A stretch of 64,000 nt of DNA from Bacteroidota bacterium. Its GTDB lineage: Bacteria > Bacteroidota > Bacteroidia > Bacteroidales > JAADGE01. Made by a program: the position numbers and the translations under genes. Location: the NCBI GenBank assembly GCA_024277895.1, contig JAJRUH010000007.1, positions 2,265 to 66,264 on the forward strand, written 5' to 3'. Positions 61,589 to 64,000 of this stretch are shown here, piece after piece. The notes beneath the pieces are model-generated. The model was given only the letters and a program-made list of their open reading frames with translations, was not told the DNA's origin and did not search any database. The number at the start of each line of letters is the position of its first letter. The stretch's first letter is position 1.

Positions 61589-63127
61589 ATGAATAAAGTA
61601 CCAAAAAAAACGGGGATTTTTCAGCGGATGTTGAATTGGACAGAACGAACAGGAAATGCATTACCCCATCCGGCAACATTGTTTGCATTATTTGCCCTTA
61701 CCGTATTGGTTGTTTCTGCAATCGGACATGCTTTAGGATGGGAAGTTATTCATCCCGGAACCAAAGAAATTGTCAGGCCGGTTAATCTTTTGTCAAATAA
61801 GGGTATTCACCGGATTATACTCGAAATGGTTGATAATTTTACGGGATTTGCTCCGCTGGGAATAGTGTTGGTAGCAATGCTCGGTATAGGTATTTCGGAA
61901 AAAAGCGGATTGATAAATGCCGTTATTCGTCTGTTGGTATTAAATTCACACAAACGTATTTTGACATTTGTAATTGTTTTTACAGGAATATTATCAAATC
62001 TTGCTTCAGATGTCGGATACGTTTTATTAATTCCGCTTTCAGGTATTATCTTTCTTTCTGTAGGCAGGCATCCTGTTGCCGGTATGGCTGCCGCATTTGC
62101 CGGAGTATCCGGAGGATTCAGTGCTAATTTGGTTTTAGGAACAGTCGATCCTTTATTAGCCGGACTATCTCAGGAAGCTGCTCGCATACTTGATCCTTCA
62201 TATATAGTTAACTCCGCAGCAAATTATTATTTTATGGCAGTTTCAACCTTTGTTATTGCATTTGCAGGTACATTTGTTACTGAAAAAATTGTGGAACCGA
62301 GGTTAGGAAAATATACCGGAAATATCTGTAAAACAGAAAATTCTTTTGATAAGCTTTCTAAAAAAGAAAAAAAGGGATTATTTACAGCCTTGCTGACTTT
62401 AATCGGAATTATAATAATTACCTTAATCGGGATTATTCCTGCAGACGGCTTCTTTCGCGGAAGTGACGGAGGAATACTCAGTTCTCCCATTATTCGAGGA
62501 GTAGTAGCTATGTTATTTATTACAACCGGAGCTATGGGACTTGCTTATGGTTATACCACAGGAACTTTTAAAAATGATGAAGATGTTACGGCAGGTATGG
62601 CTTCCTCTATGAAAACACTTGCTGTGTATCTTGTTCTGGTGTTTTTTGCAGCTCAGTTTGTAGCTTATTTTAAGTGGAGCAATCTCGGAATAATTTTGGC
62701 AGTTAAAGGAGCCGAAATTTTAACATCTGTTGATATCGGACTTATTCCGTTGATGATTCTTTTCATACTTCTTTCTGCTGCCGTTAATATGCTGATGGGA
62801 AGTGCCTCGGCAAAATGGGCTGTCCTCGCTCCTGTTTTTATCCCTATGTTTATGATAATGGGATATTCGCCGGAATTATCTCAGGTTGTGTATCGTATCG
62901 GAGACAGTGTTACCAATGTGATATCTCCGATGATGAGTTTCTTTGCTCTTATTATTGCTTTTGTGCAAAAATACGATCCGAAAGCAGGTATCGGTACCAT
63001 CATTGCAACAATGATACCTTATTCGTTTGTTTTTCTTATTTTATGGATTTTGCTTTTAGCAGCTTGGCTGGCTTTGGGTTTACCACTCGGTCCGGGTGCA
63101 GAAATATACTATACTCTGCCTCATTAA
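61589..63127 (+). CDS. AbgT-family transporter
   Basis: 512 aa with the typical AbgT N-terminus (MLNWTERTGNALPHPATLFALF) and polytopic topology. Confidence 0.88.
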   Translation: MNKVPKKTGIFQRMLNWTERTGNALPHPATLFALFALTVLVVSAIGHALGWEVIHPGTKEIVRPVNLLSNKGIHRIILEMVDNFTGFAPLGIVLVAMLGIGISEKSGLINAVIRLLVLNSHKRILTFVIVFTGILSNLASDVGYVLLIPLSGIIFLSVGRHPVAGMAAAFAGVSGGFSANLVLGTVDPLLAGLSQEAARILDPSYIVNSAANYYFMAVSTFVIAFAGTFVTEKIVEPRLGKYTGNICKTENSFDKLSKKEKKGLFTALLTLIGIIIITLIGIIPADGFFRGSDGGILSSPIIRGVVAMLFITTGAMGLAYGYTTGTFKNDEDVTAGMASSMKTLAVYLVLVFFAAQFVAYFKWSNLGIILAVKGAEILTSVDIGLIPLMILFILLSAAVNMLMGSASAKWAVLAPVFIPMFMIMGYSPELSQVVYRIGDSVTNVISPMMSFFALIIAFVQKYDPKAGIGTIIATMIPYSFVFLILWILLLAAWLALGLPLGPGAEIYYTLPH

Positions 63128-63172
63128 AACAATATTAATATTATCTTACGTAAATATTTTAAAAATTACATT

Positions 63173-64000
63173 ATGAAAGAAACCAAAACAACAAATATTC
63201 TGTTATTGATAATTGTTATACCTCTGATTTTTTATTTATTGAAAATATTATCTTTTATTTTTGTCCCGCTTTTTCTTTCTATGTTTATTGCAGTATTATT
63301 TTTGCCTCTGATGAGATGGCTTAATAAGAAAAAAGTGCCTAAGTTTATAAGTATTATTATTATTATCTTAATAATTGCCGGAATATTTAAAATCGGAGGC
63401 GAGTTAATTCAACTTTCAAGTAAAGAAATATTAGCTGCTGATAATGCTTTTTTTAAAAAAGCAGAAGTAAAGATTTTAAATTTATTATTAATGACAGAAG
63501 AATTTTTCGGTATTGAGCGAATTGAAGGAAAAAAAGTTTTAGCTCATTTCATACAGAAAAATAATATTATCAGAAGTTTCGGCTCTACTTTGGGTTTTAT
63601 AGGCGATACTCTTTCTATGATTTTAATGACTGCTTTTTTTGTAGTTCTTTGGCTTTCAGGATCAATTAATTTCCAACAATTATTGAATAAAACAATACTT
63701 AATCAAAAATATTCTTCTGTAAAAGTTTTTGTTAAAATTGAGAAAGACTTAATTAAGTTTGTTAAAGTAAAATTTATAATAAGCTTTTTTACAGGTGTTG
63801 GTATCGGGCTTGCCTGTCTGTTTTTTAATGTCAGTTTTCCGATTTTTTGGGGATTATTTGCCTTTGCTGTCAATTTTGTTCAAATGATAGGTTCTTTAAT
63901 TTCAGTAATATTGTTGAGCTTGTTTGCATTTGTTGAGCTTGACCCGACAGTAATATTGTTATTTTTTATATTGACAATAACGGCTGTTCAATTAATAATG
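63173..64000 (+). CDS. AI-2E family (PerM/UPF0118) transporter, 3'-truncated by window end
   Basis: The frame is open from ATG 63173 to the window end (MKETKTTNILLLIIVIPLIFYLLKILSFIFVPLFLSMFIAVLF...). Multiple TM helices in the layout I expect for AI-2E transporters. Confidence 0.75.
   Translation, partial: MKETKTTNILLLIIVIPLIFYLLKILSFIFVPLFLSMFIAVLFLPLMRWLNKKKVPKFISIIIIILIIAGIFKIGGELIQLSSKEILAADNAFFKKAEVKILNLLLMTEEFFGIERIEGKKVLAHFIQKNNIIRSFGSTLGFIGDTLSMILMTAFFVVLWLSGSINFQQLLNKTILNQKYSSVKVFVKIEKDLIKFVKVKFIISFFTGVGIGLACLFFNVSFPIFWGLFAFAVNFVQMIGSLISVILLSLFAFVELDPTVILLFFILTITAVQLIM

Overview
This is an AT-rich chromosomal segment (by eye about one-third G+C, not computed) from a Bacteroidota genome, most likely an anaerobic Bacteroidales-like organism. 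Bacteroidetes-type TAnnTTTG -7 promoter boxes precede many genes. Gene content is ordinary core genome: guaB, a SurA/PpiD-type chaperone cluster, a MoxR ATPase, recA, bcp, map, rsmA, rsmI, tsaE, a PorX-like PglZ response regulator, a BamA/TamA-family OMP, ftsK and a LolA-like protein. It also holds pyruvate:ferredoxin oxidoreductase divergent from rex, a seven-gene E-DUF2764-A-B-D-I-K V-type ATPase operon, NhaD/CaCA/AbgT/AI-2E transporters and one tRNA-Phe. I see no CRISPR array, transposase, integrase, prophage or recognisable defence island. Two things are not routine. First, a family of structured ~240-bp intergenic repeats bounded by terminal inverted repeats (TIRs), together with a separate 99-nt hairpin module, occupies four intergenic spacers. 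Second, four otherwise intact conserved genes each carry a single lesion: three in-frame TAA codons and one A7 homopolymer frameshift. Both observations need genome-wide or read-level checks that I cannot run. Function calls come from motifs I recognise in the supplied translations, not from database searches.
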